A program made the translations under genes and the position numbers. From Pseudovirgaria hyperparasitica (taxonomy: Eukaryota), in NCBI GenBank assembly GCA_010093815.1, contig ML996576.1: a stretch of DNA of 64,000 bases. One strand, written 5' to 3'. Below, piece after piece: positions 15,066 through 26,485 of this stretch. Numbering within the stretch: the first letter of the stretch is position 1; every line of letters begins with the position of its first letter. The notes under the pieces were generated by a model that had not been told where the DNA came from, searched no databases, and was given only the letters and a program-made list of their open reading frames with translations.

Positions 15066-15230
15066 GAGTCATCATGGCCGGCAAAAAATTTGACTCCCGC
15101 TCGCTCGCGCCCGCCTGGTCGCCGGTTTACCCCTCCAAGCAGTGGATGACGATCGCCGGCGTCGGGCTTCCGTGTTCCGTACTACTGTAGCCCTGCCGCC
15201 TTCTAGGCCCAAAGGCCCCGCCTTGACTCA
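15066..15230. promoter_or_regulatory. Three Gcn4/CpcA-type TGACTC(A) motifs in the SER3/SDR divergent promoter
   Basis: GAGTCA at 15066-15071, TGACTC at 15091-15096 and TGACTCA at 15224-15230. Amino-acid biosynthesis genes are established cross-pathway control targets. Confidence 0.65.
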
Positions 15231-15497
15231 ACTTTCCAGGAAAGTCGTCATATCAACAGTATCGCTGATATCGTAAACACCCGTGACAGCTGCCTCTCGA
15301 ATGACGTCGACTATCGTAGCTTCGAGGCTGATACCATGAGGCCTGCTTCCACAAATCCAATTGATTTCCTAACCCTCTCCTAGACCAACTACTATAACTC
15401 AACTCAACTCACACACAGATCCATTCCCAGGACAGACACATACACCGATCGAGACCTCCTTTACACCCCAAAACACCATCCAAACAACCATCTCACC

Positions 15498-16325
15498 ATG
15501 CCAAACATCCTCATCATCGGCGCAACACGCGGCCTCGGCGCCTCTCTCGCAAAACAATACTCCTCCATCCCCTCAAACACAGTCTACGCAACCGCCCGCT
15601 CGACTCCTGGACCCTCCTCCCCCTCCCCACACGCCTCCAACATCCACTGGCTCAACAACATCGACCTCACAGACCCCACCCACGCAACAACCCTCACAAC
15701 CACCCTCCAAAACCTCCAAGCGCCCCAAATCGACACCCTCATCATAACAGCCGGCTACTTCGGCCTCGAATCCTTCGACGACCCCTCCTGGCCCGCCCAA
15801 CTCACAATGTACACAACCTCCGCCATCGCCATCGCCCCCGTCTTCCTCGTCCAAGCCCTCGTCAAATCCTCCCTACTCAAGTCCAGCGACAGCAGCAGCA
15901 CCAGCACCAGCGGCGCCAAAATCATCCTCGTCTCCTCAGAAGCAGGCTCCATCACCCTGCGCCACCCACGCGAAGGCGGTGGCAACTACGGCCACCACGC
16001 CTCCAAAGCAGCCCTGAACATGGTCGGCAGACTGCTCGCGCTGGATCTGCAGGACCGCGGCATTGCCGTCGCCATCCTGCACCCGGGCTTCATGCGCACC
16101 GAGATGACGAAAGGGGTTGGGTTCGACAGGTTCTGGGATGAGGGCGGCGCCGTGTCGCCGGATGTGGCGGCGGAGAGCCTGCGGAGCTGGGTGGATGAGG
16201 AGTTTGACCTCGAGAAGTCGGGCCAGTTTTGGGCGCCTAGGGGCTCGGTTGATATTGGGACTGCGGAGCCGGTGTTGGGCACGGAGGTGGCTGGGCAGAA
16301 AGGGCCGTTGCGTCTGCCGTGGTAA
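15498..16325 (+). CDS. Short-chain dehydrogenase/reductase (CsgA/C-factor-like)
   Basis: IIGATRGLG NAD(P)-binding motif, ILVSS, ASKAALNM and LHPGFMRTEMT. Intronless, 275 aa. Confidence 0.88.
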   Translation: MPNILIIGATRGLGASLAKQYSSIPSNTVYATARSTPGPSSPSPHASNIHWLNNIDLTDPTHATTLTTTLQNLQAPQIDTLIITAGYFGLESFDDPSWPAQLTMYTTSAIAIAPVFLVQALVKSSLLKSSDSSSTSTSGAKIILVSSEAGSITLRHPREGGGNYGHHASKAALNMVGRLLALDLQDRGIAVAILHPGFMRTEMTKGVGFDRFWDEGGAVSPDVAAESLRSWVDEEFDLEKSGQFWAPRGSVDIGTAEPVLGTEVAGQKGPLRLPW

Positions 16326-17194
16326 GAGGACGCTTGCTCTGGTGGTTTGGATTGGAGAGGCTACCTTTTGCGAGGATCCGGAACGGGCTACACAAATGAC
16401 TAAAAATATCCAAACACTTCTCAGATCGTCGCTGCTAGTATGGTGAAATAAGTCAAGTACAAACACAGACGCAAGCATAAGAAAAAGCATACGTCTCGAT
16501 TTCAACAACGATTCACAACATTCACAAAAGAACGCAAGTAACTTTCTTCGATCTAGTCCACAGCATCAGCACAGCACGAATGACCCAAGCACGAAGCCTG
16601 ACTCTGACAGAGTCCCAATCACTCATCACCCACAAAAACATCAACAAAATCACGACATACAAAGACTTTGTTTACATTCCAGAATGTTCTATGGATCAAG
16701 ATATACTTCATGTAACCCATACTTTTCCACCTGAAAAAAGCAACAACAGTAACAGTACCAACGACAACACACTATGCCACTCTCCCAGTCTTCCCCCCGT
16801 CACAACCTCATCCCCCGGCCTGCATTAATCAGGAGGCGTATTGAGTGAACCGAGCGCCGACAATGAGTGTAGAGTATAAAAATTCTCGCAACATAAGCTA
16901 GGAAAGGTCTGGTTTTGGGGGGAGGGAGGCGGGGCGGTTGAGTTATGAATCATGATAAAAGGGGGTGGAGTAGGTAAGGGCCGAGATGCCGGAAATAGAG
17001 AGAGAGAGAAAGGTTGATCGAACTCGAATTACATTGTACAATCAGCACCAGAATCCGTGGGCAAAGTGCAATTACTTGAGAAGTGGTGGATAGCCCAATC
17101 CGTACGTCTGTCCGGACCTCTCTTGTGTCCTCGTTCCGAGCCATTCCGCAGCGTGCCGATGAGCCAATTAACCTCCATGCGCGACAGGGTCGAT

Positions 17195-18747
17195 TTAGCT
17201 TTGCTTACACTCAGCTGCCTCCTGCTTCGGTTTCGAATTACCGTCCTATAAAAATGTGTGAACACGTACTCCATGGCAATTTGCGAGCGAGAGGACGAAC
17301 TAGAATCGAAGGGGGGCAATTGTTCTAGCGCCGACTCTGCGCCGTCTTCGGTGCTGCACTCACGTCATCATCAGACTCTTCGTCATCGTCTCGGTCGTCG
17401 GAGAGATCGTCGTCTTCCTCATCATCTTCGTCTTCAAAGTCACCCTCGTCAAAGTCTTCGCCCATCGACTCGAATTGGAGTGCCTCGCCAGTAAACCAGT
17501 CGATAGCACGTGGGATCAGCTTCTCCTTGATGTCCTCACCGAGCTGGTAGTCAAGCTCTAGTCGCTCCTCAATGTCGCTAGACGTCTCTTCGTCATCGGC
17601 TGGGGGCTTGGGTGGCGCGAAGAAGTTGAAGAAAGACTCAGTCGGTACAGTCTTCTTGACAACGCGGGTTTGCTTAGTGTCTAGGCGGTGTTAACAATCA
17701 GGAGGGTGAAAGAATAGGCTGGTACATACTCTTGTTACGTTGCTTTTTACTCTCAACCTTGACCGTCAGGTCCTTGCCCGCCTTCCACTCAATCTTGTCG
17801 CCCTCAGCATGGTCGTAGATGAAGTCACCACCATAGCCATTCTCTTCTTGGTAGAAATACGTCTTTGTGATGAGCTTGTTGGTGAAGAACTCGTTCTCGC
17901 CAAATTCGAAGATGAGACGGAAGCCCGGGCGGTCAAGATACTCCATGCGGATATCTGTCAAGCTCTTCAGAGCTTCCTCATCCCTGTCCGTGATCATCTC
18001 TGCAAGCGACACCTGGTTCTTCATAGCCGACAGCCAGAACTCCGGAATGCCCTTGACATCCTCACCGGCATCCTCGTTCTTCTCGATAGGCTCGTCGTCC
18101 TCGTCCTCCTCTTCATCATCCTCTTCCTTCTTCTCACCAAGCTCGACCTCAGCCTCGGTGGGCTCAACGGCACCGTTGACAATCTTAGCACGCTTCTCGT
18201 ACAAGGGTGTAAAGAGCGCAAAGAACTTCTTCTCTAGCTGGAGGACTTCCTCTTGAAACTGTGCCTCAAGCTTGGAGTGATCTTTCTGAACACCCTTCAG
18301 GCCGGACACGCGACGACGTACAGATACAGGCAGGGACTCGATGTATCCAGATGTGCGGCCGACGAGGCTACCAAGCTTGCCTTGGATCATGGACACAAGC
18401 TGCGGATTCTGGGCAAAGATTGAGGCGGCGGCCATGCGATCGATGTCCTCTGTTCGAGCGAGTGAGTCAGTGGCAATGCCGCGTAACACAGTTCTCTTTA
18501 CGTACCCTCCTTGATACTCGACACACCAGGCTGCTGAGCTCTTGATGAGATTGGAGCAGCATTGGCGGGCGTATTTTGAGGGGTTCTGGGCGTCGTCATG
18601 TTAGTTGACTGAACAAACTACAGAGCTTTCATTCTGCTTAGACCCAAAGGTGGATCTCTTGAGAATGTTGTTGAGAGGAGACTTGGAGCGAGCGACTTAC
18701 GGGGCAGACATAGACTCTGTCTTCTTGTTGCGGATAGGCTCCGACAT
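17195..18747 (-). CDS. NAP1: Nucleosome assembly protein 1 (5 exons), C-terminal CKQS CaaX-type motif
   Basis: MSEPIRNK start, [40 protein letters not shown] and an acidic tail. The last exon (17245-17195) encodes [16 protein letters not shown]. Confidence 0.95.
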
Positions 18748-19325
18748 CTTGAGCGGGTTGTGGATATGTATGTGTATGGTAGTAGAGAAGCAGGAAAGTT
18801 GGAGATGAGGGAAAGAGAGGTGGTTGAAGATGTTGAGTCCCACACAGGCGCTGGCGGGCACTTGCAAATCTATCGCGCTAGACGCTTTCACACCGCCTGG
18901 GAAATGCCCCTCCAGCTGCACGTGTTGCCCTGCGCTCGTTGCGGGGCAGAATCGAACTGACACTTACGTACCAAATAAGATTTCTACACGATTTGATGAG
19001 GTGGAAGGGTTTTGATTTGGCCAACTAAATATTCTTCTATCCTCCGCCCGTCAGTTGATGCGTGCAGTGAAACCGTGTGTGCAATCCTACGTGGCACCGC
19101 AAGGAACAGATGGAAGATGTCTTCTATACACTACTCGCTCTTTCCATTCCTCTAGCAATGCTGTAAACCACCCTCGCTCTATTGGTATTGTGTGTTTGTG
19201 AAGCCGCGCGCGATCAAGAAATTTCGAACGCCACAGAACCACCACATGACGCAGCCCATCGGAAGCTGCGGAAGATTCTACCTCTCCAGAAAATCTTTCT
19301 TTCTCTCCGATCTTTTTTCTTTCCT

Positions 19326-21143
19326 TCACATCCCCATCCGTCTAAAGCGTCTGGTCATCAGGGATGCGCCTGTCATAGAGACCGCCCCAATGAACAGACA
19401 GATCGAGATCCCATTATACCCACCAGTCGGCGCGTGCTCGTCTGGATGAGCTTCCTTGGCCAATTCCGGGCTTTTGCCCGGCTCGAATATCGAAAATACT
19501 ATCCACGAGATAAGCGTCGCAATGAACTGTGGCAGCGTCGTGTACAGATTCAGGATGCCCAGATATACTCCGGAGAGCTCTGCAGCTCCGCTTTGTGTAT
19601 CGTCATCTAGCAGGTTTGCGCCCTTTGGACTGAGCGGAGTGTTCATTTCTAATGAATCTCGACGGCCCCTTTCATCGGCATACTCAGTGTGGCTGTGCTG
19701 CCCAAGCCGATTGATTTCAACACCGATAAATGTCCACGGTGACCAAGCTTGGATGGCCCATGGTCTGTTTACAGTGTCAGCAGGTGTATATCAGACTGGT
19801 GCGTGAAAACGTACATTCCGCATATAGCCACCAACAGCGTCGCCGCACGTACTGACGTTACGCCGGGCGCCCAAAACATAGCCCCGGCGAATATGAGATG
19901 ACCACACATCCAAGCCGTCTGCAGGGTCGGCTTATACTTCTCGATTGAGGTTATGTAGGACTCAAGACCTTCCGGTGGTCTTGGTGTAAAGCGACTAGAC
20001 GACTGCTGTGGCGATTTTATGAAGAACGGGTATATGACGGTACCAACGAAAGTGACAATGGAGAACACAATCATGGATCTACTGCCTATTCGGCCAACCT
20101 CCCCGAGTGTATCTGTTGATTCATGTTTGACGTGGGGCGCTTCGTATCGCAAGTAGATCTCGCCGACCCACGTTGTGCTGTAGAATAGAAACGGGAACCA
20201 GCCTATCCACGCATACAGATTTATCTTACAAATCGCTGCAATCCTGGGCGGCAGGTTCAGGGCGGTTCTGAGTAGGAATTTGAGCATGTTGATGGGTCCA
20301 GACGTCTCATCTGCCTCGCCTTCGATGACCAAGACGCGCTCATTGACAGCGAAGGACGTGACGCCCACAGCTAAGCAGAGAGCAAAACATGCTACCGCTG
20401 TGAGACGTTTGAACTGCGTGTCACCAATGCTGTCACCGAAGAATCTCTCCAGGTCGACCGCACCGGCAGCATAGCTTAGGAGGGAGCCCGTAGCAACCAT
20501 CCGACTGGCCCACGATGACCCAAGCTGTTGCTTTGGAATCGGAAGCGTGTCAACAACCAAGCCTCTACAAGAAGCCTGCACTGTTCACCCCACGTCAGCC
20601 TCATTTCCCGCTCCTCTCCCACATTTCAACATACCAGCATTGATAGCAAAGTCAATAGCATAGATACTCATGACCGCCACAAAAATCGTCGCATCCCTAT
20701 GCATCTCCTTGTCCCCAACAAACAAGCCCACAACCTCCCTCGTCCAGCCCAGCACATACAAGCAACACACCACGACAACAGTCCCATACACCATAAACGG
20801 CCGCCTCCGACCCCATCTCGACGTACTCTTATCCGCAATCACGCCCACCACAGGCTGCATTATCAGCCCGCTCAGCGGGCCCGCCACCCACACAAGCGAG
20901 ATCTTCGACTTCGTGAGCCCGAGCTCGAGCAGGTACGGCGTGCAATACGACATCTCCAAACCCCACGTAAACCTGTTCTTCGCTATCAGCTTATGTAGAC
21001 AATAAAAGACAGCTCCGGCCTGGGTGCTTTGCTGGCAAGACTCACTGCAACCCAACCAAGCTCGCAGTCAGCAGCGCCATGCGCACACTCTCACTCGAGC
21101 CCTTGATCGCCGGCGTGCCAATCCATCGTGACGTCTGAGGCAT
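19326..21143 (-). CDS. MFS/GPH-family sucrose/alpha-glucoside transporter-like protein (Sut1-like, 4 exons)
   Basis: Spliced GLQFTWGLEMSYCTPYLL, WVAGPLSGLIMQPVVG, DKSTSRWGRRRPF, WIGWFPFLFYSTTWVGE and GVYLGILNLYTTLPQF, with multiple hydrophobic segments. Confidence 0.9.
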
Positions 21144-22047
21144 GTCGCAGCGCCTCTCTACCTCGCCGCCGTTCTCGCAATTGTCTACGCACTATGTAGC
21201 TCGGAAGAAGAGGTCGTCGGCGTGCATCACGCGATTGGAGAAGGTGTTCGGTACGCTACCCTCGCATGCGCAAAGTAATTAGAGTAGAGAGAGAAAGTGG
21301 GTGAGTTGAGAAAGAGAGATGTCACAGGTGTTTCAGGGTCAATGGATCCGGATGGAGGCACGTACGTGGCGCGATCTCCGAATATTATCAGGTCAGGCAT
21401 AGATTGTGGCACGAGCAGCGCATAGTACAGCACGATCCACCAATGGACCCCCTTGGAGTTCTGCGGCGGCACTTATCGGCACTTGTAAATAAGCAAACTG
21501 CAGCATCTGCTACGGCGACCCCGAGCGATGCCCTGAGAATCAGGCACTAATGATCTCGACTCAATAAGATTTCAGCGTGTCGATATGAAGCATCATAGGG
21601 CCCTAAATTTCTGTGCATGCATATGGGGAGGGGGGTGCATCGCTCTAGTCCCTAGTTCCCTCTCCCGCCGAACCGGTCGCGCGACGGTCGCGTAGTAAAA
21701 AACGGACCGGTTCCCAACCAGGCGCTCGGGAGGGGGCGCCTTTGACGTCTGGCCATGAAACCCTTGATCTATTGAACCTCATTGTCAGATATTAAAACGT
21801 GCCAGGCAAGATGATGACATCAATTCCGATAGCTGATTGGCAAGAAGTCTTCTCAAGCCTTTTCCAACATATTGAATGGCACAATAAGTCGCTACCATCG
21901 GATAAACTCCGTCAAGAAGCTGTCTCCAAATGCCATATGCACCACCACCACAGCAATAAGCCGGAAACCACAAGCCTTTCGTGTCGAGAGACACCATTCC
22001 CTAAACAGTCTTGCATCGCATATGTGTCAGTACCTAGCACCAATCAT

Positions 22048-23843
22048 CTACCCCCGAAGCCCCGTAATCCTAATCTTCACCCCACGACTGTCCAGACTCG
22101 CATGTGCCAGAAACGGCTCGCGCGAGATCTTCACGTCTCGCTCATACGTCGTATCCACCAACTCGAACTCATACCGGCGGCAGAGCGTCGCAAGCACCAT
22201 CTGCATCTGGCCTTGTGCATAGCTAAAGGAGATTGCGTCAGCGAATGTGATAAGAGGAATGCAATGTGGGAACTGACTCCTTTCCGAGACAGGAGCGTCC
22301 GCCGCGGCCCCAGGGGATGTAGTGGCGGTCTTCAATGGCGAGGAGGTCGTTGTCGAACCAGCGCTCGGGTTTGAATAGAGTGGGTTCGGGAAAGACGGCG
22401 GGATCTAGCATGAGGTTGCGATGGTTGACGGATAGGGGTGTCTGTGAATGGTGAGTGAGAGTTTGATTTGTGTCTGGGGGACTTTTGTTGCTCTTACACC
22501 TGGCGGAATGATCCAGTTGCCGAATGTCATTGGCTCGCGGCAGAGTAGGGGCAGACGACCTCCAACGGGGAAGGCAACTCGTAATGCTTCTTTAACAACA
22601 TTGATCTGAGAAAAGTGAGCTCGCTAGCTATCTTATATAGACCTCGTGTAAAGGGCACTCACCAGATATGGAAGACTTTCCATGCTTTTCAAAGTAGGAA
22701 TCGTCATACGATCTGGATACGCAGCGTCCAGCTCCTCACGCAGCTTTGCCAGCGTCTCAGGACGATCCAGAAGATAGAACATGACGGCAGTGAGCACACG
22801 AACGGGTGTGGCGGCAGCTGCAAAGAGTTCAGTTCCCTCTTGTGTCAGACGTTCCAGCTCATCTTCGGTGTCGTGCAGTTTACGGCGCTGGAGTACTTCA
22901 AAGAGTGTCTCGGGACGGCCAACGATCGCAGGACGGATCGAGCCCTTGTATTCGCTCTTCTCCGTCTCGTCTAGATATCGCAGCGTTCGGGCTCTGATGC
23001 GCTTCAGACACGGGTCAGCATGAATGTGACATGAACGATTGTCAACAGGCACTACACATAACATACATGAGACACCTGCAGAATACGCGCCACTTTATGC
23101 GAGAGCTTCTTGACCATATTCATCGGGAGCAACAGGAACGGTTTGATCGACCAGGGAAAGGACTTGAGCCAAGGTGCGAATGTCGATATCGCGTCCGTCG
23201 TAAGATCCCACTGATTCGCAATGTCCAGATCTGTAAGCGAATTGAGCTGATCGTTGAAAGCCATATCGTACATCGAGTCGAACATCAACGCAGCAAACGG
23301 CACTCGCAGTTCCACCGGCTTGTCCTTCTGCGACCACAACAACGCACAGCATCTCTCGATATGTTTGTGCAGCACTGGCTCCGCAGCCGCAATATTCGCC
23401 AGTGAGAAGAAAGAACTAGCGGCGACTCTGCGTTTCCGATGGAGATGATGCTCAACAGTGCTAAAGGTGCCCTCGGTAGTCCCAAGAATCTGCGTTATAG
23501 GAGCCCATTTGTCCCGCACCGCCGGCTGTGGAGCGTAGAGTTTGATGTGGAAGTCTACATCGTCGACGGCGAGTTCTTCCGGTGTGATCCGTACGATGGG
23601 GCCGTACTGTTGGTGCAATGCCCTCACCTTGGCCGGGAACTGACCACCTGGGCCGTCGAAGAGGTCGTAGTAGGTCTCGTATAGCTTCGATGCAGCTGCG
23701 AGTTTCGGTCCGGGGAATTTGGCGAGTGGGTGCCACCAGATCCTGTATGCAACCAGCCCGCCTAGATAGCCGGCCAGAAGACCAACTAGAAGGCAAACCA
23801 GCACACCACGTGGGAAATCCGAAGCCCAAGTATAGAGAGCCAT
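22048..23843 (-). CDS. Cytochrome P450 monooxygenase, secondary-metabolism type (resembles trichodiene oxygenase-like P450s), 5 exons, about 520 aa
   Basis: N-terminal TM anchor plus HPLAKFPGPKLAA, LHQQYGPIVRITP, ExxR (KEALR), PERW and heme motif WGRGGRSCLG. All four introns keep frame. Confidence 0.93.
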
Positions 23844-24508
23844 GGGGAGATCAATGCTACAAGGTAGACGCTTGTGGCCTTGTTGGCGACTTGGTAGGTT
23901 GGGTCAAGTCTTATATATATACGTCTAGGACGGAATATAACAGCCCACACGGTGAATACGATAGATGAACATGATAGAGTTTTTAGTGTTGTCTGATCCC
24001 CCAGTGTTGGGCCTATTCACTTTCTTGTCAACAGGCGCAGACGCCACTAAAATTCAACGAAGCAAGGGCCAAGAAGGTATCGTGGGGTCGAAAGTATGTC
24101 TAGACTCTTTGGCCAGCTGCGAACGTATAGAAGCAGACAGATTGATCGGCGCTCTGCCCAATTCGAGAGCATCGCCGGGACCCTGTTGACCTCTTGAATT
24201 GTTCTGTCTAGGGTTGAGGTCGCACTGACTGTATGGGACCCGCTGTAGCGATCCTTAGTCCACTGGGTGTGCTTACGTGCTTCGCCCAGTATGGATGATA
24301 GTGATCGTACATCATATATACCCGGCCAGGCGGAGCTGAGACGTGCCTTGTGAACAAGCGGTGGAGTTCGCCGACTTTTATCACTTTGCTAGCGTTAAAT
24401 ACCCGGGCGTCACGGCATAGAAATGCGTCGTCTATGGTGTGGCCGTTTGTCAGATACTCGTCTTTCTTGCTCCGCTGTCACAAAAGTACTCTGTAGAAGA
24501 GTTATACC

Positions 24509-25732
24509 ATGCCGTCAATCAACTTGTCTCGCGAGCAGGTCCTAGAAGACTTGAGAGGTCAAACGATACACATCCCCAATCTTCTCCCCATTTTCGCTGA
24601 CTGGAGAGGGGCTTCGACAGTACACGTCAGCACTTTCGTTGACGAGTTGAGAGTAATAGTCACAGAAAGACTTAGAAGGTGAGACCCCAATGGACAATGC
24701 AAAAGCAGGTTTGTCTCTAACGGTTGCAGGCTCTATACCAATGGCAAACAACTGAAAACGCTTGAGAGTGCAGACTTTGCGTTATTCACTGCATTATGGT
24801 GGCCAGATGCTCCACTAAATAGATTGCGGACGCTCGCTTTCCTTATAATCTGGCTTTTCACGTGGGACGACGAGATTGATACGCCGACAGGTTTCTGCAG
24901 CGATGACTTTGGAGCAGCACAGAGATATCGCGAGAAGACTCTGGAGTTCGTAGCGGCAACGTTAGGCCTCTCAGCAAGCAAGATTACTCCCGCGCCACGC
25001 AATGCAATCATTCAGAGTTTCGATGTGGTAGGAGATGCACTCCGAACGTCGTACTCCTTGGACCAGCGTCGACGCTTCTATCGAGAAATTTTCCGGTTCA
25101 TGATTGCCTCAGAGGACGAGCAGAGACTGAGACTGGACGGGACTGTACCGACTTTGGAGCAATATTGGCAGTTCCGTTTAGGCACGAGCGCTGTCTATAT
25201 CGGAGTCGCAGTAGGAGAATTTTCTCTGCCAATTCAGCTGCCCCAATATATTCTGGAAAATCATCACATGCAGGGTATCTGGGACGAGACGAACGTGATT
25301 ATATCGATTATCAATGATCTACTTTCGCTTCGAAAAGAGATCAAACAAGGATGCATTGATAGCATCGTGCCATTGACGTTTGCTAGGTGTGGAGACCTGC
25401 AGATAGCGGTGTCGAAATCAGTTGCAGCCTTGCGCATGTCCAAGGATCGTTTTGACTTGGCAGCACAATCCTTGGTAATGGCTACGGCCAAGGAGGACGT
25501 GCGTGGAGTACGTGACTTTATCGATGTCTGTAAGAGCAACTCGATAGGAAACCTAGTCTGGAGGTCAGTCTCACTGCTATCACCACATTCTAATTCTTCT
25601 AGAGCTATCAAGTCAACTTCGGTATTCGAGAACAAAGACTGATCAAGCTGACACTTCTTTAGCCTTGAAACATCCAGATATAACGTCATGGACACGAAGA
25701 TAGGGAACGGAAGCCTGACGTATGTGTTGTGA
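24509..25732 (+). CDS. Class I terpene cyclase, probable sesquiterpene synthase (exons about 24509-24678, 24730-25563, 25663-25732)
   Basis: DDxxD (WDDEID), pyrophosphate-sensor Arg (QFRLGTSAV), NSE/DTE triad NDLLSLRKE and a spliced WxxxxxRY motif (WSLETSRY). Confidence 0.93.
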
Positions 25733-26485
25733 GCTATGGTGGATTGTTTTGGTAAGCATAGCCGGTCGTGGCTTTCTTTATCGGGAATTGGGCCACGAAT
25801 GAAAACGATTCTTTGGATGAGTGGGGCCCCAAGAAGATGAGTGGCGTTCAGGTATATCTATCATGGTGAACAGGCAGCTATTCGACTCCAGCTTTGTGGG
25901 CCTTGCCGGTTGTGACCATGAGCTCTGGTCGTAGTGTAGCTCACCACTCAGCAGGGTTGCATGAATCGCTGACTCGAAGGATTCGAAGCTCAAAACACTC
26001 CAGAGTCTAGCCATAGAGATGTGCGACTCCGATTCGCGAGCCTACAAGAGACGTTAATAGTACTTGAATTGCATAAGAGTTCTCATGATTATGCTGTCAC
26101 ACGTGTCCACGTTGTAGTATATGCATTTATGCGCCTCATGTTTAGCTGGTGTCAGAGACACGTTGAGCCCGATGAACATTTATGCTACTTCTCGATGATA
26201 GACAGCGCGAGCTACCGCACCATGTTAGTTGGTTGGCTTGGAGCGCTGGCAAAATTCAGATGACAATGGCAGTAGCTGTTTGCACCCTGCAAGAGGAGAT
26301 GGCGTAGGTATCATGTCTTGTTGCTTCAGCGCTGTATGGGGTCTAAATTTGCCACATCAAGACATCTCTCCAACACAGTTCGTGTCATCTAAGTGGCGAT
26401 TTCTTCCGCGTATTCGTGTATGATTAGGCTCGCTATCGCTCACGCAGTTACAGCAGTAGCTGCTTTATTCCTCGTACTGTTCGAC

